In this document: in pieces, positions 12,907-24,699 of the stretch
Layout of the letters: every line of letters starts with the position of its first letter
How positions within the stretch are numbered: the first letter of the stretch is position 1
From: Octopus sinensis
Lineage: Eukaryota
Length of the DNA: 64,000 bases
Assembly: GCF_006345805.1 (NCBI RefSeq)
Contig: NC_043010.1
Span: 57,908,001 to 57,972,000, forward strand
Direction: 5' to 3'
The notes under the pieces: generated by a model
Seen by the model: only the letters and a program-made list of their open reading frames with translations
Told to the model about the DNA's origin: nothing
Database searches by the model: none
Translations under genes and position numbers: made by a program

Positions 12907-14640
12907 GAGGAGAAGTTGCTTCAAAGAAACATCAACTGTGGCATTTTCCAAGGTGACTCACTTTCACCTCTAAATTTTTGCATAGAACAAAATAAGCCAT
13001 CTGCTTTATATGGATGGCAAAGGCAATAATGGGATTGAGTGCCTATTACGTATAGTGAAGGCATTCAGTGATGACATCAGGATGGAGTTTGGTCTTGATA
13101 AGTGAGCCAAGACCACTTTTCAGAAAGGGCAATTGAAGACCACAAATTCATTTGTGTAAAATGTCGACAGGGTTATAAACGAAGTTGAAAAGGAACAAAC
13201 TTACAAACACCAAGGAATAAATGAAAGCTCTGGCATTCAGCATTGCAAGTATGAAAAAGAAAATCAGGAAGGAATGTTACGGGAGAGTTTGAACAGTCCT
13301 GAAATCTGAGCTTAATTCACATAGCAAGGTGTTAATCATAAATTCGTTGGCAGTTCCAGTTGTTACATAAAGCTTCAATGTAGTGAACTGGAATATCAGT
13401 GAAATAAAGGAAAATTGAATGAAGAATTCACAAGTTGCTGACTTGTAATGAAAAGAAGCAATCAAAGGCAGATATGGGTCATCTTTACCTTGCCAGAGCC
13501 CAAGGAGGTTGAGGCTTCACCCAGTTTGGACTTTCTTATAAAACCATCACAACTGGACTGACCAAATATCTTGAAACAACCAATGACTGGATGCTAAGAC
13601 TCATTGAAAATCACAAGAGGCATGAGAAGATTCATTCTCTTGGAGGAGAGCAAACAATTTGTTTTGGGGTTCAATCATGGTACCCAGGCTGAGGGAAGTG
13701 TGGCAACTGTTGTTACAAAGAAGGTGAAATTAATGGCAAAGAAAAAAGCACCTGAGCAATTGTCTGGTAGGTAAGAGCAGAAACATCTGCAAATATACAG
13801 CCCTTTGCAAACAAGCGGCTGTTGACCAGAAGCACACCTGTTAGTGGTTATAGAGCTTAGGGCTAAAGGCAGAGCCTGATAGTTTCATCTTAGTTGCTCA
13901 AGATCAAAGCTTATTGACTCAGAACTATGAAGCCAATGTGATGAAAAATGGAGAAGACCCAAAGCATCCTTACTGCACTGATGAGATTGAAACAGTTGGC
14001 CACCTAATCTCTGGATGTAAATTTTTAGCACCGATGGAGTAGAAATGAAAATGTGACAGAGTTGGCCAATATTTACACTGGTTAATATGTCAGCATTATA
14101 AAATAATAATTGTTGAGTGGTATAAGCACCACTCTGAGGCTGTAACTGAGGGAGAAAATGTAACGATTTTGTAGAATTTTCCAGTATGTACAGACTGAAC
14201 CATCAAAGTTATTGAACCAGATATTGTTGTAAAAGACTGAAATATTAAAGTCCATCTGTTGTTTAACATGAGTATTTCTTGTGATCAGAATATCTCAGCA
14301 AAAGAATTTGACAAGCTTAGAGAATATAAAGATTTTCTCCTTGAAATAAAAAAAAACATATGGCTTCTCAAGGCAGCTACAAGACCAGTGATTGTAGGAG
14401 CGCTAGGAATGATAAAAAAAGGCACAGAAAATTATTTGAGAGTGATCCCTGGCTTACCACCCATTCAAGAAGTGTTAAAGATTGTTTTAGCTGGTACGTA
14501 ACGCATATTGAGAAGAGCATTGTCACTGTGAAAATTATTACTTTCCATGTAAATAATTATTTTGCCACATAACTTTATTTGGTTTTGCCAATGTATACAG
14601 TGAGTTTCTTTGTGTTAGGTGTCAGGAAGACACTCGGCAA
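12907..14640 (+). mobile_element. Decayed R4/Dong-type (restriction-like endonuclease) non-LTR retrotransposon, RT to 3' end
   Basis: IFQGDSLSPL, ISHLLYMD, FSDDIRMEFGLDK, SELNSHSKV, CCHC-region ETVGHLISGC, REL region EPDIVVKD...KEFDKLREYKD...PVIVGALG. Many stops and frameshifts. Confidence 0.8.
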
Positions 14641-15043
14641 GAAATGGGAACAGAATTGGAAAAAGAAGAAAAACTAATAATAGTCATAACAATAATAAAA
14701 GTGGCTGATGATATGTGCATCTCTGATCATGAACAGAAGTATTGGTGGGGGTGGGAGCATCATAGCCATGTGTTGAAAGGAATTCTTTGGGGTTTGGATA
14801 ATTCACCTTTGGAAACATGGGTGTTTCGTTCAACATCCTTTAACAACCCTTATTCAGCAACCTTTTGAGTGGGATGACCTACTCAACCTGAAGAAAATTC
14901 TAACTGGACCCAGCCTGCAAGGTCATGCAGGTTGTGATGTATGTTCCTGGTGTACCCTGATCAGACGGGTAGTCATGATGGGTACACTGGGCTTCAAATA
15001 TTTTACCCCAGTGTCACTTTGATAGCATACATTGCTCTCTCAC

Positions 15044-15074
<31 letters not shown>

Positions 15075-15130
15075 TTTTTTTTTGCCAGAAGGGCATCAGA
15101 TGAGGGAGACATTACAAGAACAGTTATAAA

Positions 15131-15259
<129 letters not shown>

Positions 15260-16379
15260 ATAAAAGATGAGGGAAAGAATGGGAGAAGAGAGAAGAAATG
15301 GGGTTGAAAAGTAGGCAAAATATGTGAATATAGAAATGAAACAGTTGTCTTGATATCAGAGAACCTCCAAATTGGTCAAACAAGGGACACTGTCTTGACC
15401 ATTATGATAAGCCCTTAACCAAACTGTTGTTCTCAATCTACAGGTGAGTCGTAACAATTGTAATTGTGTAGCATTGTTGTTGTTGTTGTTCAGCCCTGAG
15501 TCAAAGCCTACTCCCTCAGTTCTATGATTGAAGGCATTCCAGTTATGACCACCCTGTCATTTTAGGGATATGATGGTGTGGATTATATCATGTGCCTTTA
15601 AGGTATGATTCAAGGGGGATTTGGTTGTTATTTCTAGCGGATGAATGGTTTGTTATGAAATAAGGGGAAAAAAGAAAGGAAAAATAAAGTAATAAGGTGG
15701 GAGGTGGAGGGAGTTGAATAGAGGAGAGGAAGTAGGGAGGAAAAGAAACAGGAAGTAGGAGGAAGGAGGGAGAGGATGTTTAGCTGTTAGTATGGGGAAA
15801 GAGAGAGGGAGTGAGAGTGGGAGGAGATGTTGAAAGACTGAAGTGAAGAGGGAACGAGAGAGAGAGAGAGGGAGAGAGGGAGAGATTGTTAGAAAGAACA
15901 ATTAGAATCCCATTTAAACAGGAAATCCATTTTGTCTAATGATGGTGTGTTTTGGTTAGTTTAGGGGTTACTGAGTACAGGTAGTCATGCTGAAGGATGA
16001 GCCTAGGGGACCGGAGGGAGTGGAATTGTACAGCCACATGTTTTAATTATTTGAATTATCCAGGCTTTAAGTTATTCAAATCCCTTTCCATTTATCTAAA
16101 ATTCCTTGTCAACTGATGGATCAGGCTTCACTTACAGTACACTATCCTGATGAGGTCTGATAAACTGAAACATGTCCATAATTATCTCCCTTATTTAACA
16201 AAGCTCAGACTCTCCCCTAAACTCATATAGTCAAACAATGTTTGTCTGGTTAGATTCACATCACCCCTCTAATGTTGGATTAATTTTTATTTCTTCATAA
16301 AAAAATGTTGCAAAGACCACAATGTCTCGTTAAGATGTCAGCTAAATTAGTCACATGATTAATTCACCTTTCTTTCCTG

Positions 16380-17760
16380 GCAAAAACGTTTACTTTGCTC
16401 CTTCAAACCAAATGCCAAGCATCAAAGTAGTATTTCTCGGCCAAAAGATTGGTTGCTGTTGAGAAGTGAACCAGGAGTATCAGAAGAACCTGTCGAGTGT
16501 GAACATAACACAGTCATGGTCTTATAAGCCCCCCTCCAAGAGAACCAGATGTTTATTGAGGAACTACCTGGACCAGTTCTTCTTTCTCAAGACAAACCAT
16601 GACACTAGGTTCCTCATGGAAATGTTTCCACTACTCACTTCTTCTATTTTATCCTTGCATAGACTGAATTCACATTAGTGACAGAATGGAAATTTTGACT
16701 GCTGTTTCTAGCAAAAAAGATGATGCTCCTTTTCTATATTCACACAAAACCCTTTAATGACTAAAACAACAAACATTACCCTGCAAAAGCTAAACTATGT
16801 CTTGAGAGAGGATTTCTTTAGAGGTCAATTTTCAAGCCATTTCTGTTCCTAATTTTTTTTAGTCAGATTTTCCCTTTCTGTAAATTCCATGGCTGAATGT
16901 TCCATTCTAACAAATGTAAAACACCACAACTTGAGTTCAGTGTAATTTTTTTTCTGTGAATTTATCAATAACTTTGATCTTTTCCTCATCAACTAAATAT
17001 AAATATTATTAACCCTGGCTTCAATAAAAAGTATTTTTCAATGTCCTTCATATATTTGGCTTTTCCTTCCTATTGTATTCAAGTTGACGTCTTTTAACTG
17101 CTATTTCTAGCAGAGCTGTATCTCTTACTCTATCGTGAAACAAAAATTACTTTATTGCTTTGTATAAATCCTTGTTTATTTCCTGAATTATTCCATTCAT
17201 GTTTCCTCCCAAAGAATCTGGTTTCTGCATAATTTTTCAATCCAATAATTTCTTGAGTCTTAATTCTTCTTCTCCTGCTGGTTCTTCAAAGCATAATGGT
17301 TTTACGACAGTTTCCCATTTCTTTGCCCAGGTCTTTACATTTTCATTGAACTCTTCAAGGTTTTTTGAGCAGTAGGGCTTCCGTACTCACATTTAGATGC
17401 ATTCATTAGCAACTTCTGATCATTCCATTTTGATTCTTGAGCTGTTAAAGGTCTTTTACTGGATCCATTGTGCTTCTGAGCCAGGAGAAGATTCTTCAGC
17501 AGACGGATTCCTTTGTCAGTTGGCAGAGGGGGGGGGCTTCTCAAGCTTCTCTACCTGTAGGTGGAATCGGTTTTTTTCTTAAACATCATCAAGAAAAAGG
17601 AAATGATTTTGCATTTTGCCATATTTCTGCCCAAGATGATGTTTTTATCTTGTTTAATTTCCTCCCATCCTCATATAGTAAGGTGTGTGTTGTGGCTGAT
17701 ATCCTGGTCATTGAATCACCTCCTGTTTATTTTGACTGGTGTTTATTTCATTGACCCATA
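16380..17760 (-). mobile_element. Possible heavily decayed N-terminal/RT0 part of an R4-type LINE
   Basis: Coding-like composition with many stops. KKNWS followed by (frameshift) PGSSSINIW resembles the RT0 motif NWxAPGPDxIxNFW. Confidence 0.3.
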
Positions 17761-17997
17761 AGTGATGTTAATATCACATAGCTTCATAGCAAGAATTGAA
17801 ATCAGAATGGTAAGGAATCTAAGCAAACAGTTGCCACAAAATTAATTTGGTTTCCTAACAACAACAATGATTAATTAGGATGTTTTAATTATGAAAATAA
17901 TTAGTTGTTACCCTGTATTGTCTGAGCACCCTGGAAAAGGAGAAACAAGAGAATAAGGAGCAGGGTCTGAGGTGAGGTAACATAAAACCACGTACAC

Positions 17998-18079
<82 letters not shown>

Positions 18080-18098
18080 ATATATATATATATATATA

Positions 18099-18614
18099 TA
18101 TATTTGCCACTTAAATGTGACTAACTCTTAAGGGTGGATGTTACTGTAGCTTGTAGCCCCAGGAGGACACCTTCTCCAGCTGGCTATTGACACACTTTCT
18201 GTGCCCTATCATTATTTGCAAAGGGAAACCATTCTTCCCATCTCCAACCTGACATGATACACACGGATCCGAGTTTCTGGATATTGACCCATCATCAGCA
18301 TGTGACAATCACCAGATGTTGATGTGAAGTGCTATCCCGATGCAAATACATTTATCCTTTTTCCAGTGACGAAAAGTCACTGATCTCGAAAAAGTGTAAA
18401 CGAGCAATGATAAATCTCTGAGCAAGGTATAAACAGAAACTCGGGTCTGTGTGTATCATGTCAGGTTGGAGATGGGAAGAAGGGCTTCCATTTGCAAATA
18501 CTGATAGGGCACAGAAAGTGTGTCAATAGGCAGCTGGAGGAGATGTCCTCCTGGGGCTACAAGCTACAGTAGCATTGACCCTTAAGGGTTAGCCACGTTT
18601 AAGTGGCAAATATA
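18099..18614. repeat. Inverted-repeat (foldback) element, arms of about 180 bp, spacer of about 154 bp, flanked by TA
   Basis: 18101-18279 is the reverse complement of 18434-18614 (TATTTGCCACTTAAA ... GAGTTTCTG). Confidence 0.9.
18260..18304 (-). ncRNA. Hammerhead-like motif at the inner edge of an inverted-repeat arm
   Basis: CACATG-CTGATGA-TGGG(TCAATA)TCCA-GAAA-CTCGGA-TC-CGTGTG: stem I 6 bp, stem II 4 bp. Confidence 0.55.
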
Positions 18615-18836
18615 CTTCACGATGTTATGCAGCTACTGTTTACACCTCGCTCAGAGATTTATTATATATGTATCTTTCTTGCCTGGATTGGCCTCACCAG
18701 CCACCTCCGGTCTCATAGCAGTAATTCCACCAAATGATGTCAATGGTCATCTTCGAACCCGAAGGACGAACATTATCTTTACATACCACCTGTCTTTGTC
18801 TTGTTTTTTTTGTGAATTCTCCCCCTATATATATAT

Positions 18837-18970
18837 CTTTACATGTATATATAAATATATACATATATATATATCTTTACATGTATATATAAATATATAC
18901 ATATATATATATCTTTACATGTATATATAAATATATACATATATATATATCTTTACATGTATATATATAT
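18837..18970. repeat. 38-bp period minisatellite CTTTACATG(TA)n..., resuming at 19689-19800
   Basis: CTTTACAT at 18837, 18875, 18913, 18951, and again at 19689, 19723, 19759, 19793. Confidence 0.85.
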
Positions 18971-19102
18971 AAGTTCAGCAAAATTTAGATTCAAATGAAT
19001 ATGGTACTTAAGTTAGATGCACCAGAATTTTGTATGGTGTTATCCATATAAATCCATGGGGTGATTATCATTAAAATAAGCAACAAGAATATCTTCGGTA
19101 AT

Positions 19103-19189
19103 TTGGTACGATCGTTTCACGCAACATCATTTTATTAAATATTGTAAGTATTACAACAATTTTAAAATGTTGAGCAATCATCAGCCATT
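19103..19189 (-). ncRNA. Hammerhead-like motif with long stem II
   Basis: TGG-CTGATGA-TT-GCTCAACAT...ATGTTGCGT-GAAA-CGATCG-TA-CCA. Palindromic stem III ACGATCGT, GUA site. Confidence 0.5.
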
Positions 19190-19555
19190 TATAGAGGTTT
19201 TCCATCAAGAAAACTTTAAGTTTTATTAATACAAAATCTGTTTGCCAAATAGTAGTAAACAGCTTCTAGGGCATTATAACCCCCGCTCTACTTTAATTTC
19301 TTTATGAATAACTTCTGACATTTATTTCACCCCTATTTCTGTAAATAGAAAATCTCTTTTGTCTCCTTTCAACTGAATATCCTTCCCAACCTTCTAGTTG
19401 TTCAAAATAACTGAAAAAATATTCTTCAGTCAGAAGATAAACTTTACTACCTTAATGTTCTTAAAATTCAAATCGACATCTTTGTCTATATATCTACCTT
19501 CTCTATAATGTTATCAATCAATATGAAAATTATGTATTAATGGAAAACCTCTATA

Positions 19556-19642
19556 AATGGCTGATGATTGCTCAACATTTTAAAACTATTGTAATACTTA
19601 CAATATTTAATAAAATGATGTAGTGTGAAATGATCGTACCAA
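19556..19642 (+). ncRNA. Hammerhead-like motif, partner copy of 19103-19189
   Basis: TGG-CTGATGA-TT-GCTCAACAT...GATGTAGTGT-GAAA-TGATCG-TA-CCA, more decayed. Confidence 0.4.
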
Positions 19643-19840
19643 ATTACCGAAGATATTCTTGTTGCTTATTTTGATTATATATATATATCTTTACATGTAT
19701 ATATATATATGTATATATATATCTTTACATGTATATATATATATGTATATATATATATCTTTACATGTGTGTGTATATATATATATATATATCTTTACAT
19801 ATATATATATATATATATATATATCCTTTTTAGGTGAATT

Positions 19841-20056
19841 ACACAAAATATTCTATAATTATATACATAATTATAATCAGGGGTCAGCTGAGTGCCTCAC
19901 CAAATACTGAATTAGAAATAGACACTAATGTCTTTTCAACTACCATTTTTATTGTAGTTAAAAAGGCATTTGCATCTATTTCTAATTCAGTATTTGGTGA
20001 GGCACTTAGCTGACCCCTGATTATAATTATGTATATAATTATAGAATATTTTGTGT
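19841..20056. repeat. Near-perfect 216-bp palindrome
   Basis: 82-bp arms 19841-19922 and 19975-20056 with one mismatch. The 52-bp spacer itself contains a 15-bp imperfect IR. Confidence 0.92.
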
Positions 20057-20104
20057 GTATATATATATATATATATATGTATATGTATATATATACATAT
20101 TCAT

Positions 20105-20144
<40 letters not shown>

Positions 20145-20479
20145 GAATATGTATAATATTTATGAATGGTAAGTCAGGAATTACAAGGAGGAAGCCCAAG
20201 AAGATGCCAACCATCTCTGAAGATGGTGCAGTCAGTATGTATGTTCTCTTCTGTCTTTGGTTTTGTAATTCTTGCTCTGAGGAAGGAGCTGCTTTCCAAC
20301 AAAGATGCAAAGCTCCATCATTGGAATGTAGATAACAAAAAGAAAGTCACTTCTAAAACTTGAGAAAAGTCTTGCATATTTTTACTGTTCCACTTACAGA
20401 CTGTATTTGTAGCCTGCAAATCAGTTGGTTGATTGGTTTTTCTGAAAACCCTAGCTTATCCAAATCGTCACTTAGGCAT

Positions 20480-20760
20480 TTACCCACAAAACCCAGTGCA
20501 CCAATTCTTATTGGTCTGACCGTGAATTTATAACCTGAATGCAGAAGCTGGAGGTTTCAAAGCAGTTGTCCCTAATTATCCTCTTCCTATTTGATTTTTA
20601 ATGAGATATTCACTTTAGCAGAGCAGCTGACCTCTATGAGGGTACTTACATCTTTTTGTTTGTCCCAAACAACAATATCTATTATGCTTACACTTGACAG
20701 ATGTTTTGATGGGAATGTCCCACCAATATTCCTTGTGTTGAGGTTTTCAATAAAAGGAGG
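20480..20760 (-). mobile_element. REL-domain fragment of an RLE-type LINE
   Basis: WWDIPIKTSVKCKHN / DIVVWDKQKDVSTLIEVSC...EEDN*GQLL*NLQLL...PIRIGALGFV. Confidence 0.65.
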
Positions 20761-20952
20761 ATTCTATATTTATTCCAGGACAGAGTTTATTTCTGAATAT
20801 GTATGCATAGATGCTGGCCTGGCCAGAAGTTTGCTTGCTGACTCAATGATCTTGGTTTCACTCCTACTGCATGGCACCTTGGCTCTTGTCCAACCTCAGG
20901 TCAACCAAAGCCTTGTGAGTGGATTTGTTGATGGAATGTGAAAGAAGCCTGC

Positions 20953-20989
<37 letters not shown>

Positions 20990-21104
20990 CACTGTCTCCT
21001 TGCCTTGTCTTCATGTAATGGTTGCAAGGGAAAGCTGCAGTCGTACTTTCAGTGTCCTTCATTTCCAGTCTCCTACGGAAACATGTCTGACCGTAGAGAA
21101 ATAT

Positions 21105-21232
21105 TACCTTGCTTGATAACAGGTGAGGGTTGTTGACAGGAAAGGCATCCAGCCATAGAAAATCTACCTAAACAAATTTTGTCTGAGACCCATGCAAGCA
21201 TAAAAATGTGGATGCTAAAGTGATGATGATGA
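21105..21232 (+). mobile_element. RTE-related 3' tail fragment
   Basis: GGAAAGGCATCCAGCCATAGAAAATC...GCATAAAAATGTGGATGCTAAAGTGATGATGATG. Confidence 0.65.
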
Positions 21233-21256
21233 CATATACATATATACATACATGTA

Positions 21257-21288
<32 letters not shown>

Positions 21289-21334
21289 CACACACACATA
21301 CATACATATATATGTGAGCTTATGTGTGTGTTTG

Positions 21335-21470
21335 TATCCTCATTATTGTTATGATCTTAATGTCCACTTCTCCATGCTCACCTGGGTCAGGTGGAATTTG
21401 TTCAGGAAGATTTTCTTCTGCCAGATGTACGTTGTCAACCCTCACCTGTTTCCAAACCAGGTAATACTCC
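21335..21470 (-). mobile_element. RTE-related 3' tail fragment, inverted relative to 21105-21232
   Basis: TTAATGTCCACTTCTCCATGC...TGTCAACCCTCACCTGTTTCCAAACCAGGTAATA is the diverged reverse complement of the neighbouring copy. Confidence 0.55.
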
Positions 21471-21719
21471 ACTCATCAACTGAACAGTAAAACAGTCCAG
21501 GTATAATTATGAGACTTTTTCCTTCATAAAGTTTGCACAATGTGTAAAGGTTGGCCAAAATGTCTGTTCGTTTTTATCAACACTGAACTTGAAGCCCTCT
21601 AATAAGTCGCTAACTTCAGTCAGTCCCTTATGCATGTGTATTTAGCAGATAGTTGACACTTCAATGTAGTTTGACATGAATTTGTGATGAGACAGGTTGT
21701 ATTTTGTGTGCTTGGAATA

Positions 21720-22640
21720 ACCCTGAAAATGGAGAACCAAAACAAACATCCCTTTGAAACTTTAAAAAAGGGAAGAAGGTAGCAGGAAGATATGTGCTGT
21801 GTATGGAGAGGATGCTCTTATGGAATGTGTGTGTACATTTCCAAGATTTTGATGTGGAAATTTTTCAATTTAAGATGCACCTTGCTCTGGCTGCCCACCT
21901 GGGATTAACAGCAACACTAACTCCTGTTATATGATGAGAATGATTGCAGATATTCCTCAGATATTGAAATCAAGTGGTGAAAACCTTCTGCAACAACTTG
22001 GTTACATCAACAGGTTCAGTATTTGAGTCCTATATCAATTGAATGAAATTAATTTCACCCAATAGATCTCCATCAGTGATTTGTTGTAGAAATTTGAAGA
22101 AAATGATCCTTTTTTGAAGAGAAGAGTGACAAGGGATAAAAAAATGAATTGTCTCTATCAATATGAAGTGCATGGGTGAAGCATGGCGAACCACTAGAAA
22201 CACTCCCAATGCGGGACTTCACTTGAAGAAGATATTGCTTTCAATCTATTGAGATTGGAAAGGTATTGTGTTTTATGGAGCTCCTTACCACAAACAGAAT
22301 AATCAATTTGGATGGACCAGTTGGACAAATTGATCCACCGTAGGTGGGTAACACTTACTAATATTAAGGTCATTGTCCTTCATCATGACAATTCCAGACT
22401 GCACACTTCTTTTCCAGGTGTGAGAAATGTTACTGGGGCTTGGCTGAGAAATTTTGTCTGGACTTGTGCCTTCAGATTTCCACCTGTTTCAGCCTCTTCA
22501 AAATTTATTGAATGGACAGTACTTTGAAGATGTAAAAATTCACCTGGAAGGGTTTTCCACCAGTGAAGACAGGAAATACTCCGAGCAGGAAATAATATAT
22601 CTGCACAAAGAGAGGCAGAAGATACTGGAGTGAAACAGAA
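21720..22640 (+). pseudogene. Mariner-family DD34D transposase remnant
   Basis: VYGEDAL, DAPCSG, NDPFLKRRVTRDKK (cf. VTGDEKW), DWKGIVF, IVLHHDNSRLHTS (cf. HDNARPH). Multiple stops. Confidence 0.8.
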
Positions 22641-22681
22641 ACCAGACCACTGATTGAATGAACTGATTTGTATTTAAAACT

Positions 22682-23625
22682 TACTGTATATACGCGAGTA
22701 ATAGCTGATCACATGTAAAAGTCAACCCCCTATTTTTGGTCAAGAAATTGGGAATTTCTCATACACCCCATATAAAAGTCGACCCTAGTATTTCACGAAC
22801 AACAGGACAACATTTGTCAGTCAAAGCACTCTATTATCCTGTACGTAGAAATAACACTGTTGCAAAATTGTGTGGCTACCTTACTGTAGCCTGCTCTGTA
22901 GGGGGAATGCTCAGTGCTTAAAGTAAAACACCATTTAATAGCAAGCACCATATGTCTGTTGATGAGGGCTACATGACCATTACTAAAATGCATGCATGGG
23001 ATATGCTGTAGACCTGCATACATCTTCAAGCACAATAAGCACATGTGTCATACACCTGTTGTTTACATGGTGAGAAACGAGTTTCACAGACAGCACTTTT
23101 TGGTGAACACTGGCAAACACCATTGCCTGAATTTGTACAGAGGCATGGCTTTGGTAAGCCTCAAAACATCCAATTAATCACTAGATCAGTGGTTCCCAAA
23201 CTTTTTTTTTTTTACCACAGAATCCTTTGACATTATTTTTAAAAATGTGGAACCCCTGAAAACTTTCAGAGAACTGGGGTTTTGCAGAACACACTTTACG
23301 AATCGCTGCTCCAGATTAAGAACTCTACACCATGTTCTGGACATTTACTGGTAACTCTACATGAGACATACATGGTCTTGTTTTGGGGTTTTGTTATTTC
23401 CTAGGACATGTTTTGATGCACAAAATTGGTAACATTACTGGAATTCATTGTGCCTTTGATTTTATTCCCTTAGAGGTCAGTTGGATTTCTGCTGCTGATA
23501 TGGTACTTGAGATTCTAGCTTGGCTTTCAGCCCCTCAAAACTAGTTGCTATGTAACAGTTGACCCCATAAACTTGACCTTAAAAAATAGTCTACAAGGTT
23601 CGATTTTACATGAGTGTATACGGTA
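22682..23625. mobile_element. Pogo/Tc2-like DNA transposon remnant with imperfect TIRs
   Basis: Left end TACTGTATATACGCGAGT versus right end reverse complement TACCGTATACACTCATGT. Confidence 0.4.
23187..23308. mobile_element. hAT/Charlie-type MITE nested in the previous element
   Basis: Starts CAGTGGTTCCCAAAC and ends ...GAATCGCTG. Flanking 8-mers CACTAGAT/CTCCAGAT (6/8 identical) resemble an hAT TSD around TCTAGA. Confidence 0.5.
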
Positions 23626-23678
23626 CATCTTATTTTCACTCAAGAAAGATTTGGCCTTGGTCAACCCAAATTATATAT

Positions 23679-24005
23679 AGGAGTGGCTGTGTGGTAAGTC
23701 ACTTGCTTACCAACCACATGGTTCCGGGTTCAGTCCCATTGCGTGGCACCTTGGGCAAGTGGCTTTTACTATAGCCTCGGGCCAACCAAAGCCTTGAGTA
23801 GATTTGGTAGACGGAAACTGAAAGAAGCCCGTCATATATATATATGTGTGTGTGTGTGTTTACATCCCTGTAACTTAGTGGTTCAGCAAAAGAGACCAAT
23901 AGAATAAATACTAGGCTTACAAAGAATAAGTCTTGGGGTCATTTTGCTCGACTAAAGGCGGTGCTCCAGCATGGCCGCAGTCAAATGACTGAAACAAGTA
24001 AAAGA
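23679..24005 (+). mobile_element. tRNA-derived SINE (family A)
   Basis: A box TGGCTGTGTGG, B box GGTTCAGTCCC, core CACCTTGGGCAAGT, internal (TG)n, tail GTCAAATGACTGAAACAAGTAAAAGA. Confidence 0.85.
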
Positions 24006-24018
24006 ATATATATATATA

Positions 24019-24417
24019 CTCTTTTACTTGTTTCAGTCATTTGACTGCGGCCATGCTGGAGCACCGCCTTTAATTGAGCAACTCGACCCCGGGACTTATT
24101 CTTTTGTAAGCCCAGTACTTATTCTATCGGTCTCTTTTGCCGAACCGCTAAGTAACAGGGACATAAACACACCAGCATCGGTTGTCAAGCAATGCTAGGG
24201 GGACAAACACAGACACACAAACACACACACGCATATATACATATACATATATACGACGGGCTTCTTTCAGTTTCCGTCTACCAAATCCACTCACAAGGCT
24301 TTGGTCGGCCCGAGGCTATAGTAGAAGACACTTGCCCAAGGTGCCACACAGTGGGACTGAACTCGGAACCATGTGGCTGGTAAACAAGCTACTTACCACA
24401 CAGCCACTCCTGCGCCT
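24019..24417 (-). mobile_element. tRNA-derived SINE (family A), tail-to-tail with 23679-24005
   Basis: Reverse complement of the neighbouring copy, with a complete head AGGCGCAGGAGTGGCTGTGTGGTAAG. Confidence 0.88.
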
Positions 24418-24699
24418 ATATATATATATATATATATTCAAGTTTATCTTTACTGTTTTTCAAAGGAATTCAGAGCCAGCACTGCGAGTCACAATGTTTG
24501 CTATAACGAATACATCTCTGCAAACAATGTGATCAAAGATAGAAAAGACAGGTAATGGTTAGACCAATTTACACATCAAACACATACCTGCCAACTGGTA
24601 CATACATATTAATTGCTAGTATGGACACCATATTTCATTTTGAAACTGTAATACTATGGTTACAAAATGAAATACAGTATCCCTCTCAGCAATTAATAC

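Larger units (their letters stand above)
19073..19672. repeat. Inverted-repeat element, arms of about 133 bp, spacer of about 334 bp
   Basis: 19073-19205 pairs with 19540-19672. Confidence 0.9.

Noticed and set aside
17335-17544. Host exon encoding MRSPPPLPTDKG...
   Set aside because: The surrounding frames contain scattered stops and shifts typical of a decayed retroelement, and there is no convincing acceptor.
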